Below, one piece after another: positions 9,680 through 16,851 of a DNA stretch of 32,000 nucleotides. The translations under genes were made by a program, and so were the position numbers. This DNA is from Candidatus Saccharimonadota bacterium (lineage in GTDB: Bacteria > Patescibacteriota > Saccharimonadia > Saccharimonadales > Saccharimonadaceae). The notes below the pieces were generated by a model. It was not told the origin of the DNA. It made no database searches and worked only from the letters and a program-made list of their open reading frames with translations. Position 1 is the first letter of the stretch, and every line of letters starts with the position of its first letter. Location: positions 150,001 through 182,000 of the forward strand of contig JBAQRV010000001.1 in NCBI GenBank assembly GCA_049296095.1, in the 5' to 3' direction.

Positions 9680-10112
9680 AGTTGTTGAGCTAAGGCGATG
9701 GCATCAACGTGCTCAGATTGATTACAAGTATCATTACATGGGCCTGTACGCAGCTTTTAACGCTTGGTATCGGCTGACGACAGGTGCCCATAATGATCGC
9801 GAGGCGCTGAATAAGCTGCGGATGGGGAATGTGACGTGGGAGCAATACTGTAGGGGTAGAACTATGCGCGAACTGGCACAGTACATGAATATGTTAGTCG
9901 AATGTACCCAACGAGAGCCGATTTCACACACGACACCACACTGGAACGGCGAGGTAGCACACACGAAAGATTGGCCCTCTGTCGTGGAGTACTGGTATAG
10001 GGTACGATGCCTTGTTATGCACGGTGCCGAGATACGTTCAGTCTATGTCTATCTTGCATACGAAACGCTTAACATTTTCATGACTGAAGTTATCACGCAA
10101 AAGCACTATTAA
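9672..10112 (+). CDS. Hypothetical 146-aa protein with an RxRCxxxHG motif (HEPN-like Rx4H; speculative)
   Basis: The ATG overlaps the RadC-N stop by 8 nt (ATGAATGA). YRVRCLVMHG at aa 109-118 (nt 9996-10025) resembles the HEPN signature R-R-N-x-x-x-H-G, with Cys replacing Asn, and sits in the last third of a small protein as in HEPN domains. Confidence 0.6.
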   Translation: MNEVVELRRWHQRAQIDYKYHYMGLYAAFNAWYRLTTGAHNDREALNKLRMGNVTWEQYCRGRTMRELAQYMNMLVECTQREPISHTTPHWNGEVAHTKDWPSVVEYWYRVRCLVMHGAEIRSVYVYLAYETLNIFMTEVITQKHY

Positions 10113-10117
10113 TACTG

Positions 10118-10146
10118 TTTACAACACTTCTAAAACAAGCTATAAT
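10118..10146 (+). promoter_or_regulatory. Sigma70-like promoter for tuf
   Basis: TTTACA (10118-10123), 17-nt spacer, TATAAT (10141-10146). A strong SD (AAAGAGGAG, 10192-10200) precedes ATG 10212. Confidence 0.7.
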
Positions 10147-10211
10147 TAGCCTATACGTCATGAGATGGCTATATTCTTATGCGAAATAATTAAAGAGGAG
10201 ATATAAACTAA

Positions 10212-11393
10212 ATGGCAGATTTCGATCGAACCAAGCCACATGTTAACGTTGGAACTATGGGTCACGTTGACCACGGTAAAACAACGCTTACAGCAGCTAT
10301 CACAGCTGTGCTTGCAAAACGACTTCCTAGCGAAGTAAACAAGCCAATTGCTTATGACCAAATTGACAACGCCCCAGAAGAGCGTGCGCGTGGTATTACC
10401 ATTGCTACCTCTCACCAGGAATACGAGTCAGAAAAGCGTCACTACGCTCACGTTGACATGCCAGGACACGCTGACTATGTAAAAAACATGATCACCGGTG
10501 CTGCACAGATTGACGGCGCAATCCTCGTGGTTGCGGCAAACGACGGTCCTTTGCCACAAACTCGTGAGCACGTTCTGCTTGCTCACCAGGTTGGTGTGCC
10601 AAAGATCCTTGTTTTCCTAAACAAGATGGACCTTGCCGACCCAGAACTAGTTGAACTCGTTGAAATGGACATTCGTGAACTACTCGCAAAGAACGGGTAC
10701 GACGAAAACGCTCCTATCATCAAGGGTTCAGCAACCAAGGCTCTCGAAGGTGATCCTGCATCTGAGGATGCAATCATGGAACTGGTAAAGGCTCTTGATG
10801 AGTACGTTCCAGAACCAACTCGTGAGCTCGACAAGCCATTCTTGATGCCAGTTGAAGACGTCTTCTCAATTAAGGGACGTGGAACTGTTGCAACTGGACG
10901 TATTGAGCAAGGTATCGTAAAGATCAACGACGAAGTTGAAATTGTCGGTGTTCGCCCAACTCAGAAGTCTGTTGTGACTGGAATTGAAGCCTTCAAAAAG
11001 AACCTTAACCAAGGTCAAGCTGGTGACAACGCTGGACTCCTCCTTCGTGGAATTGAGCGTGAAGACATCGAACGTGGCCAGGTTATCGTCAAGCCAGGCT
11101 CATTGACTCCTCACACTGAATTTGAAGCTGAAGTCTACATCCTTAAGAAGGAAGAAGGTGGTCGCCACACTCCTTTCTCAAAGGGTTACAAGCCTCAGTT
11201 CTACTTCCGAACCACTGACGTGACAGGCGAAGTTGAACTTCCAGCTGACAAGGAACTGGTTATCCCTGGTGATACAGTAACTTTCATCGTGAAGCTTCTC
11301 GCTCCTATCGCCATGGAACAAGGTTTGAACTTTGCTATCCGTGAAGGTGGTAAGACTGTTGGTGCCGGTGTGGTTACCAAGGTTGTTAAATAA
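10212..11393 (+). CDS. tuf: Elongation factor Tu
   Basis: 393 aa with [18 protein letters not shown] and NKMD, and typical EF-Tu domains II and III. Confidence 0.99.
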   Translation: MADFDRTKPHVNVGTMGHVDHGKTTLTAAITAVLAKRLPSEVNKPIAYDQIDNAPEERARGITIATSHQEYESEKRHYAHVDMPGHADYVKNMITGAAQIDGAILVVAANDGPLPQTREHVLLAHQVGVPKILVFLNKMDLADPELVELVEMDIRELLAKNGYDENAPIIKGSATKALEGDPASEDAIMELVKALDEYVPEPTRELDKPFLMPVEDVFSIKGRGTVATGRIEQGIVKINDEVEIVGVRPTQKSVVTGIEAFKKNLNQGQAGDNAGLLLRGIEREDIERGQVIVKPGSLTPHTEFEAEVYILKKEEGGRHTPFSKGYKPQFYFRTTDVTGEVELPADKELVIPGDTVTFIVKLLAPIAMEQGLNFAIREGGKTVGAGVVTKVVK

Positions 11394-11416
11394 TTAGATC
11401 TCTCTAATGAAAGAAT

Positions 11417-11446
11417 ATCCCCGGAGAAATCCGGGGTATTTTTTTG
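11417..11446 (+). terminator. Rho-independent terminator after tuf
   Basis: CCCCGGA (11419-11425), loop GAAA, TCCGGGG (11430-11436), then TATTTTTTT. Confidence 0.85.
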
Positions 11447-11452
11447 CTTGAA

Positions 11453-11490
11453 ATGCGAAAAACCCGCCAGATCCCGGAGGAACTAGCGGG
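11453..11490 (-). terminator. Minus-strand terminator of cassette A; copy 1 of a repeated 3' element
   Basis: Minus strand reads CCCGCTAG-TTCCTCCGGGA-TCTGGCGGG-TTTTTCGCAT. Shares the ..GTTCCTCCGG.A.CTGGCGG.GTTTT(T)CGCAT.. string with copy 2. Confidence 0.7.
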
Positions 11491-11499
11491 TAGTTCGCT

Positions 11500-12009
11500 T
11501 CAACGGGACTGACGGGCGAGTTGTCGCTCATTGCGACGCTTGGCACGAAAGTAGGCACGGTTGTTGGCTGCAAGACGACGCCGTATCCGACGTAGCTCTG
11601 CGGTCGGTACTTCAATGAAGTAGTACCTTGGACCACCGATACTGTGGCTGAAATCAAGGAACCGAAAGCTCCTAGCGAACCGCTCGAGTAGCTTCTCAGC
11701 GTTGTCGTGCGTTGTCAGGCAACGGATGTACGCGTCCGAATAGCCATCAACGCGCACCAAGTTCTCGTTTCGGAGAAAGGGGAGCGCCAGGATCCACAAG
11801 CCATCAATCTCGACTAGCCGAATGGTGACTTTTCGGTCGCCCTTGATCAGCGCGATTGGCAGCCTGAGGAGTGCCTTCCAGAGTTCCTTTCGCAAGGTCT
11901 TCAGGGTGAGCACTTGTGCCGCCTGAAATTCTTCTTCGGAGAGATTGGCGAGTTCTCGATTGCGCCAATGTTTGGGAGGCTCGAAGCCCTTATCCCATGG
12001 ACTTAGCAT
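11500..12009 (-). CDS. Hypothetical protein A, 169 aa, Arg-rich C-terminal tail
   Basis: ATG at 12009 is preceded by GAAGAAGG. Has its own promoter and terminator. C-terminus is ELRRIRRRLAANNRAYFRAKRRNERQLARQSR. No recognised domain. GC-richer than surroundings (spot counts 34/60, 32/60, 34/60). Confidence 0.65.
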   Translation of the reverse strand: MLSPWDKGFEPPKHWRNRELANLSEEEFQAAQVLTLKTLRKELWKALLRLPIALIKGDRKVTIRLVEIDGLWILALPFLRNENLVRVDGYSDAYIRCLTTHDNAEKLLERFARSFRFLDFSHSIGGPRYYFIEVPTAELRRIRRRLAANNRAYFRAKRRNERQLARQSR

Positions 12010-12066
12010 AGAACCTTCTTCGTGTCGGTGAATGTGCGTGTAACTACTAGGGATACAACTATCTAT

Positions 12067-12095
12067 ATTATACTACAATCGTTATGTAAAGTCAA
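12067..12095 (-). promoter_or_regulatory. Near-consensus sigma70 promoter for cassette A
   Basis: Minus strand: TTGACT (12095-12090), 17-nt spacer, TATAAT (12072-12067). Confidence 0.7.
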
Positions 12096-12113
12096 TGATT
12101 TGAGATGTCGGGA

Positions 12114-12178
12114 ATGCGAAAACCTCCGCCAGTTCCGGAGGAACTCGTGGGGGAATTCGCGTCGACGGATGGCGGAGG
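12114..12178 (-). terminator. Minus-strand terminator of cassette B; copy 2 of the repeated 3' element
   Basis: Minus strand: CCTCCGCC (pairing with GGCGGAGG), an internal GTTCC-TCC-GGAAC hairpin, then TTTTCGCAT. Confidence 0.6.
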
Positions 12179-12203
12179 TAGGGTTGACAGGTAGATCGGA
12201 TAG

Positions 12204-12533
12204 TTACTTGACTCGGAAGACCATACGCTCAGGTTCCCATACGAGCCTTGTCGTGGTAGTGTAGGGTTTCGTGTTCATCCAGCTGGGTGCCAGGACGAGC
12301 ATGGTGTACTCGCGTGCTTCGATGTAGGCGACGAGTTGAACGAGTTGCTTAGGTGACAGCCTGTCTAGGCCGCCGATGAGTTGCCACGGCGTGACATAGT
12401 CCATGCTGTGTCGTTTTCCGTCTCGCAGGGACTGTTCCATCGAGATCTCAAAGATCGAAATGGCAACCTGATCCTGTCCATCCAGGAGATCTAGACAACG
12501 TTCGGTTGTCGAGATGGGAACTACTTCAGTCAT
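12204..12533 (-). CDS. Hypothetical protein B, ~109 aa
   Basis: ORF is open to TTG 12548; the first ATG is at 12533 (MTEVVPIS...). No clear SD. Has its own promoter and terminator. No recognised domain. Confidence 0.55.
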   Translation of the reverse strand: MTEVVPISTTERCLDLLDGQDQVAISIFEISMEQSLRDGKRHSMDYVTPWQLIGGLDRLSPKQLVQLVAYIEAREYTMLVLAPSWMNTKPYTTTTRLVWEPERMVFRVK

Positions 12534-12580
12534 AATATATCCAATCAATGTTCGAGGCCTGAAACTCAGAGCTTGGGCGT

Positions 12581-12609
12581 ACTATATAAAACTTGACCGA
12601 CCCTGTCAA
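12581..12609 (-). promoter_or_regulatory. Near-consensus sigma70 promoter for cassette B
   Basis: Minus strand: TTGACA (12609-12604), 17-nt spacer, TATAGT (12586-12581). Confidence 0.7.
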
Positions 12610-12620
12610 TTGGTTTTGAG

Positions 12621-12674
12621 ATGCGAAAACCCCGCTGACCTGGATGGCCAATTGGGCCTTCGACGGGTGCGGGG
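12621..12674 (-). terminator. Minus-strand terminator of cassette C; copy 3 of the repeated 3' element
   Basis: Minus strand: CCCCGC directly after the stop codon, an internal GGCC..GGCC palindrome, GCGGGG, then TTTTCGCATCTC. Confidence 0.6.
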
Positions 12675-13031
12675 TTAGAGATGGAAGATGTAGCGAAATC
12701 GTACGTGGATCGTCTCGAACGCGTAGTACTCGATGCGAAGAACGGTTCCGAACGACGCAAAGTTCCTCCGAACATACTCCTCGATTGCTTCTCGGAGGTA
12801 CCGAGCGTCGAGTCTGTCGTCTCTTGTGTACAGGTACACCCGGGGTTGCTTGTTGTTCCCGACGACGTAGTCCTGTCGTGCGAGCCCGATCACCAAACCC
12901 AGTTCCGGGCCAATCGTGGCTTCGACATGAGCGATCGCGCGTTCGCGAAGATCTTGCTCGTAGTCACGCCATCTCTTCTTGTCGGCTCGCTCATGGGCTC
13001 GTCGATTGCGGAGAGTTTGACGTCTCTGCAT
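12675..13031 (-). CDS. Hypothetical protein C, ~118 aa, Arg-rich N-terminus
   Basis: ATG at 13031 is preceded by AAAGGAAG. The longer ORF to 13139 starts at TTG inside the promoter and is unlikely. N-terminus is MQRRQTLRNRRAHERADKKRWR. No recognised domain. Spot G+C 37/60 in line 12841. Confidence 0.6.
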   Translation of the reverse strand: MQRRQTLRNRRAHERADKKRWRDYEQDLRERAIAHVEATIGPELGLVIGLARQDYVVGNNKQPRVYLYTRDDRLDARYLREAIEEYVRRNFASFGTVLRIEYYAFETIHVRFRYIFHL

Positions 13032-13110
13032 TACTTCCTTTCGGTTAAGTATGCCTTTCACAATAGTTCCTTTCAATCGGTGATGTACTAATCGGTCAGG
13101 CTGGTTTCTA

Positions 13111-13139
13111 TTTATATCATGGGGTAGATAAGGATGCAA
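13111..13139 (-). promoter_or_regulatory. Sigma70-like promoter for cassette C, back to back with the rpsJ promoter
   Basis: Minus strand: TTGCAT (13139-13134), 17-nt spacer, TATAAA (13116-13111). Confidence 0.6.
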
Positions 13140-13140
13140 C

Positions 13141-13169
13141 TTGCCAGTTTTGTATTTGTTTGCTAAGAT
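13141..13169 (+). promoter_or_regulatory. Sigma70-like promoter for rpsJ
   Basis: TTGCCA (13141-13146), 17-nt spacer, TAAGAT (13164-13169). Leaves a ~95-nt leader before ATG 13271. Confidence 0.55.
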
Positions 13170-13270
13170 TAACCCCGTATTATATTAATCATTCCGACAA
13201 CTCGGCCAGACGCGAACACCACCGATTCGAGCAGAGGTTACGGGATACAACAAGAAAGGTTTCTTCCCTC

Positions 13271-13597
13271 ATGGCAGAAGCACCAAAAGAAGCAGGCCTC
13301 CGAATTCGGATTCGCCTCAAGGCCTATGACCACAAGGTCATCGACCAATCAGCAAAACAAATTATCGATACGGCTATTCGTACAGGCGCGAGCATTGCTG
13401 GCCCAGTACCTTTGCCAACTCGACGTAGTACATTTACAGTAGTCAAGTCGCCGCACGTCTACAAAAAGGGCGGTGAAACGTTTGAAATGCGTATTCACAA
13501 GCGCTTGATTGATATCACCAACGCCACCCCAAAGACGATCGACAGTCTACAGAACCTCAGCCTCCCAGCTGGTGTTGATGCAGAAATCCGTATGTAA
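13271..13597 (+). CDS. rpsJ: 30S ribosomal protein S10
   Basis: [35 protein letters not shown]...HKRLIDI. The upstream part of the listed ORF (13160-13270) is leader, not S10-like. Confidence 0.96.
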   Translation: MAEAPKEAGLRIRIRLKAYDHKVIDQSAKQIIDTAIRTGASIAGPVPLPTRRSTFTVVKSPHVYKKGGETFEMRIHKRLIDITNATPKTIDSLQNLSLPAGVDAEIRM

Positions 13598-13617
13598 ATA
13601 AATCGTGCATAAAATAA

Positions 13618-13640
13618 CCCCTCGAAAGAGGGGCTTTTTT
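13618..13640. terminator. Bidirectional Rho-independent terminator between rpsJ and the antisense small ORF
   Basis: CCCCTC-GAAA-GAGGGG, followed by CTTTTTT on the + strand and TTATTTT on the - strand. Confidence 0.85.
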
Positions 13641-13654
13641 ATAACCCAAAGACA

Positions 13655-13891
13655 CTACTGAGCCAAGATTACCTGTGTGAGATTTGCAATGTCCATCTGT
13701 AGTTTCAAGATCCATAACTGAGAGATGATAATAAACACCATTAAGATAACCCAGTACGCAGTCTGCTTGGTGATACGTGTACTAAAGAAGGGAATGGTAT
13801 CTTTTTCAATACGAAACGAGCGCATTGGTGCCTGCGAAGCCTTGCGGGTTGTTTTGACGGTTCGCTTTGTTGATTTCTTTTTTGTTGCCAT
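13655..13891 (-). CDS. Small membrane protein, 78 aa (basic N-terminus plus one predicted TM helix)
   Basis: ATG is preceded by TAGGAG 8 nt upstream. MATKKKSTKRTVKTTRK... is followed by the hydrophobic AYWVILMVFIIISQLWIL. Convergent with rpsJ onto the shared terminator. Confidence 0.6.
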   Translation of the reverse strand: MATKKKSTKRTVKTTRKASQAPMRSFRIEKDTIPFFSTRITKQTAYWVILMVFIIISQLWILKLQMDIANLTQVILAQ

Positions 13892-14118
13892 CGAATGACT
13901 CCTAAAGATTGTTGATTATTTCTACCTGTAGTATGACGAATGAGGCCTATAAACACAAGTGGATTGTCCGTGTCTGAGCCTAGCCCTCCTAAGGTATTGA
14001 CTCTCTGTTAATCTCGTGCTACTGTAGGGAGGTAACTTTTTAATGAAATAACAAACAATTCTTGGTGAATTGGCAAGTCTAATCCTGACAGCTCCGCTGA
14101 ACATGGTAAAGATACTAC

Positions 14119-14144
14119 CTCCCACCAAGAATTTTAAGTGGGAG
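14119..14144 (+). promoter_or_regulatory. Leader hairpin sequestering the rplC Shine-Dalgarno
   Basis: CTCCCAC (14119-14125) pairs with GTGGGAG (14138-14144) across a 12-nt loop. The 3' arm contains the GGGAG SD 10 nt upstream of ATG 14155. Confidence 0.4.
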
Positions 14145-14154
14145 AACGAAGCGC

Positions 14155-14790
14155 ATGAAAGCACTTCTCGGTACCAAAATTGGTATGACCCAAATCATCA
14201 GCGAAGATGGCAAGGCAGTTCCTGTCACGCTTATTCAAGCTGGTCCTGTGACTGTGACTCAGGTAAAAACCATCGACACCGATGGTTACAACGCAGTCCA
14301 AGTAGGATTCGATTCGGGTAAGAACCTGAGCAAGGCCGTCGCTGGGCACGTTAAGGCCAGCAATATCACTCCGAAGTATATTCGGGAGTTTCGTGTTGAT
14401 GAGCTAGAGGACCTTGCGGTCGGCAGCATTATCGACGTGAGCGCATTTACCTTAGGTGAAGTTGTTGATGCAACTGGCACCTCTAAGGGTAAAGGGTTCG
14501 CCGGAACTATCAAACGTCACAACTTCGAACGACACAAGAAGTCGCACGGTGGTAAGGGAAACACTCGTAAACCAGGATCAATCGGTTCGATGTACCCACA
14601 AAAGGTGTTTAAAGGTAAGCGCATGGCTGGCCGTATGGGCCACGACCAAGTCACCGTTAAGAACCTCGTTGTCAGCTACATTGACCTCGAGAACAACTTG
14701 ATCGGTCTGCGCGGCGCTGTACCTGGGCCTAAAAAGGGTCTGATCGTTCTTAACTCACTTTCCGGCTCCGCCGTGGGAGGAAAAGCATAA
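14155..14790 (+). CDS. rplC: 50S ribosomal protein L3
   Basis: KIGMTQI and GKGFAGTIKRHNF signatures; 211 aa. Confidence 0.97.
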   Translation: MKALLGTKIGMTQIISEDGKAVPVTLIQAGPVTVTQVKTIDTDGYNAVQVGFDSGKNLSKAVAGHVKASNITPKYIREFRVDELEDLAVGSIIDVSAFTLGEVVDATGTSKGKGFAGTIKRHNFERHKKSHGGKGNTRKPGSIGSMYPQKVFKGKRMAGRMGHDQVTVKNLVVSYIDLENNLIGLRGAVPGPKKGLIVLNSLSGSAVGGKA

Positions 14791-15410
14791 TGGCTGATAC
14801 AGTGAAAACAACTGAGACAAAAGCGACACTTCCAAAAGAAGTCTTTGCTGTTGAAGTTAAAAACCACGAGCTATTAAAGCTTGCTTACGATTCATACCTC
14901 TCAAACAGTCGCCTCGCTTCTGCAACCACGAAGACTCGTGGCGAAGTTCGCGGTGGTGGTAAGAAGCCTTGGAAGCAGAAGGGTACAGGACGTGCACGAT
15001 TCGGTTCGAGCCGTAACCCTATCTGGCGCGGTGGTGGTATCGTCTTTGGTCCTCTCGGCAACGAGAACTACAAGAAGAAGATTTCTACCCAAGCCAAGCG
15101 TCAGGCGATTCGCCAGGCACTTACTCTTGCCAACGAAGCAAAGAAAATCCACGTTATGGATATTAAAACTACTGGTAAAACCTCTGAAATCGCTAAATTC
15201 TTGGCTGACAACAAGTTTACTCGTAAGACTCTCATCGTTGTCGAAGATAAGACTCCGGTCCTACTCCAGGCAACAAACAACATTCAGAACGTCTTACTCG
15301 TCAGTACAAAGTACTTGAACGTCTACCACATCTTGAATGCTGACCACATCGTGCTCTCAAAGGCATCGATCGCCATCCTCAAGAGCTGGCTCGTGAAAGA
15401 GGAGGCATAA
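14790..15410 (+). CDS. rplD: 50S ribosomal protein L4
   Basis: TKTRGEVRGGGKKPWKQKGTGRAR signature; start overlaps the rplC stop. Confidence 0.97.
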   Translation: MADTVKTTETKATLPKEVFAVEVKNHELLKLAYDSYLSNSRLASATTKTRGEVRGGGKKPWKQKGTGRARFGSSRNPIWRGGGIVFGPLGNENYKKKISTQAKRQAIRQALTLANEAKKIHVMDIKTTGKTSEIAKFLADNKFTRKTLIVVEDKTPVLLQATNNIQNVLLVSTKYLNVYHILNADHIVLSKASIAILKSWLVKEEA

Positions 15411-15412
15411 TC

Positions 15413-15745
15413 ATGGCTATTCTTATCACCCCAGTCACAACTGAAAAGGCGTATGGACAGAGCCAAAAGAACATCTACGTGTTTAACGTTCCTCTGGATT
15501 CAAACAAGCAGCAGATCCTCGAGACTGTTGAAAAAGAATTCGGTGTCACAGTAAAGGCGATCAAGACACTGGTTCAATCTGGTAAAGCGATTCGTTTCTC
15601 TCGTGGAAAGAACCGTTACCCAGGCTCAACGACTCGCTCAAACAGCAAGAAGGCCTATGTCACACTGGCAGCTGGTGATTCAATCAAGATCTTTGACCAA
15701 CCAGAAGAGCCAAAGGCTGCAAAAGCTGAAAAGGAGAAGAAGTAA
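15413..15745 (+). CDS. rplW: 50S ribosomal protein L23
   Basis: Conserved position between L4 and L2. L23-like PVTTEKA...YVFNV...KKAYVTL. Confidence 0.93.
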   Translation: MAILITPVTTEKAYGQSQKNIYVFNVPLDSNKQQILETVEKEFGVTVKAIKTLVQSGKAIRFSRGKNRYPGSTTRSNSKKAYVTLAAGDSIKIFDQPEEPKAAKAEKEKK

Positions 15746-16584
15746 TGGCTATTAAACAATATAACCCAACAACTCCAGCTCGACGTGGCATGACGACTCA
15801 GGATCTTTCAGAGGTTACGACACGTAAACCACTAAAGAGTCTTGTCAAAAGCAAGAAGCAGAACGCTGGCCGCAATAACACTGGCCGCATCACTGTTCGT
15901 CACCGTGGTGGCGGTGTCAAACGACATCACCGTCTGATGAACCACAACCTGGCAGCTGGAACAGTTGCAACTATCGAGGAAATTGAATACGATCCAAACC
16001 GTAGCGCGCGTATTGCACGTATCAAGGATCAGCACGGTCTGTATCACTACGTCCTGGCTGATACCTCAATGACTAAGGGCAAGGTCATTACCAGCGGTGC
16101 AGATGCACCTGTTGAGTCAAGCAACCGTATGCCACTGGCCAATATTCCTGTCGGTTCACAGATCTACGCGATCGAACTTCACCCAGGTAAGGGTGCCCAG
16201 ATGGTTCGCTCAGCTGGAACTAAAGCGCAACTTATGGCTAAAGAAGGTGACTACGCACAAGTACGTATGCCATCTGGTGAGGTCCGTAAGTTCCGCCTAG
16301 AGGCAACTGCAGCTCTTGGTGTGGTCGGAAACGTCCAACATCAGAACATCAAAATCGGTTCTGCCGGTCGTAACCGTCGCAAGGGTATCCGCCCAGGCGT
16401 CCGTGGTGTCGTTATGAACGCCGCAGATCACCCACATGGTGGTGGTGACGGTGGACGTCACGGTACTGGTAAGGCACCTCGCACACCTTGGGGTCAATTG
16501 ACTCTGGGGTACCGAACGCGCCGCCGTAAGGATGTTGCCGGATTAATCGTAAGAACGCGCCACGCCGCGAAGAGGAAGAAGTAA
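15745..16584 (+). CDS. rplB: 50S ribosomal protein L2
   Basis: [16 protein letters not shown] and HPHGGGDG signatures; 279 aa. Confidence 0.98.
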   Translation: MAIKQYNPTTPARRGMTTQDLSEVTTRKPLKSLVKSKKQNAGRNNTGRITVRHRGGGVKRHHRLMNHNLAAGTVATIEEIEYDPNRSARIARIKDQHGLYHYVLADTSMTKGKVITSGADAPVESSNRMPLANIPVGSQIYAIELHPGKGAQMVRSAGTKAQLMAKEGDYAQVRMPSGEVRKFRLEATAALGVVGNVQHQNIKIGSAGRNRRKGIRPGVRGVVMNAADHPHGGGDGGRHGTGKAPRTPWGQLTLGYRTRRRKDVAGLIVRTRHAAKRKK

Positions 16585-16585
16585 T

Positions 16586-16849
16586 ATGAGTCGATCACTG
16601 AAAAAAGGTCCATTCGTAGATTTCAAGCTCGCTAAGAAAGTGGCGGCGCTGACTCTCGAAGACCGTACAATTATCAAAACTTGGGCACGCGCTAGCGTGA
16701 TTAGTCCTGAAATGGTCGGGCGAACCATCGCTGTTCACAACGGCAAGGTTCACGTTCCTGTGCTCGTTTCAGAAAACATGGTTGGCCACAAGCTCGGTGA
16801 GTTTAGCCCTACCCGCAAATTCCGTAAGCACGGAGGCAAGGCGAAGTAA
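16586..16849 (+). CDS. rpsS: 30S ribosomal protein S19
   Basis: [21 protein letters not shown] and GHKLGEF signatures. Confidence 0.97.
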   Translation: MSRSLKKGPFVDFKLAKKVAALTLEDRTIIKTWARASVISPEMVGRTIAVHNGKVHVPVLVSENMVGHKLGEFSPTRKFRKHGGKAK

Positions 16850-16851
16850 TC

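Noticed and set aside
11453-12674. Integron gene-cassette array (repeated hairpins as attC sites) or a CRISPR-like array.
   Set aside because: The hairpins lack the RYYYAAC / GTTRRRY attC core sites. The cassettes carry their own promoters, unlike integron cassettes, and no integrase is in the window. The repeats are only three, imperfect, of unequal length and separated by genes, so they are not CRISPR-like.
12644-13091. Two plus-strand ORFs (134 and 136 aa) overlapping cassette C.
   Set aside because: The minus-strand ORF has a promoter, an SD (AAAGGAAG) and a terminator in the correct positions. The plus-frame products are Arg/Ser/Cys-rich, as is typical of antisense frames in GC-rich DNA, and the plus strand there has no promoter or SD. 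This call remains unverified without comparative data.
13160-13270. An N-terminal 37-aa extension of the S10 ORF as listed in the ORF track.
   Set aside because: The sequence upstream of ATG 13271 ([21 protein letters not shown]...) is not S10-like and begins inside the predicted rpsJ promoter spacer and -10 region. Canonical S10 starts at [17 protein letters not shown].
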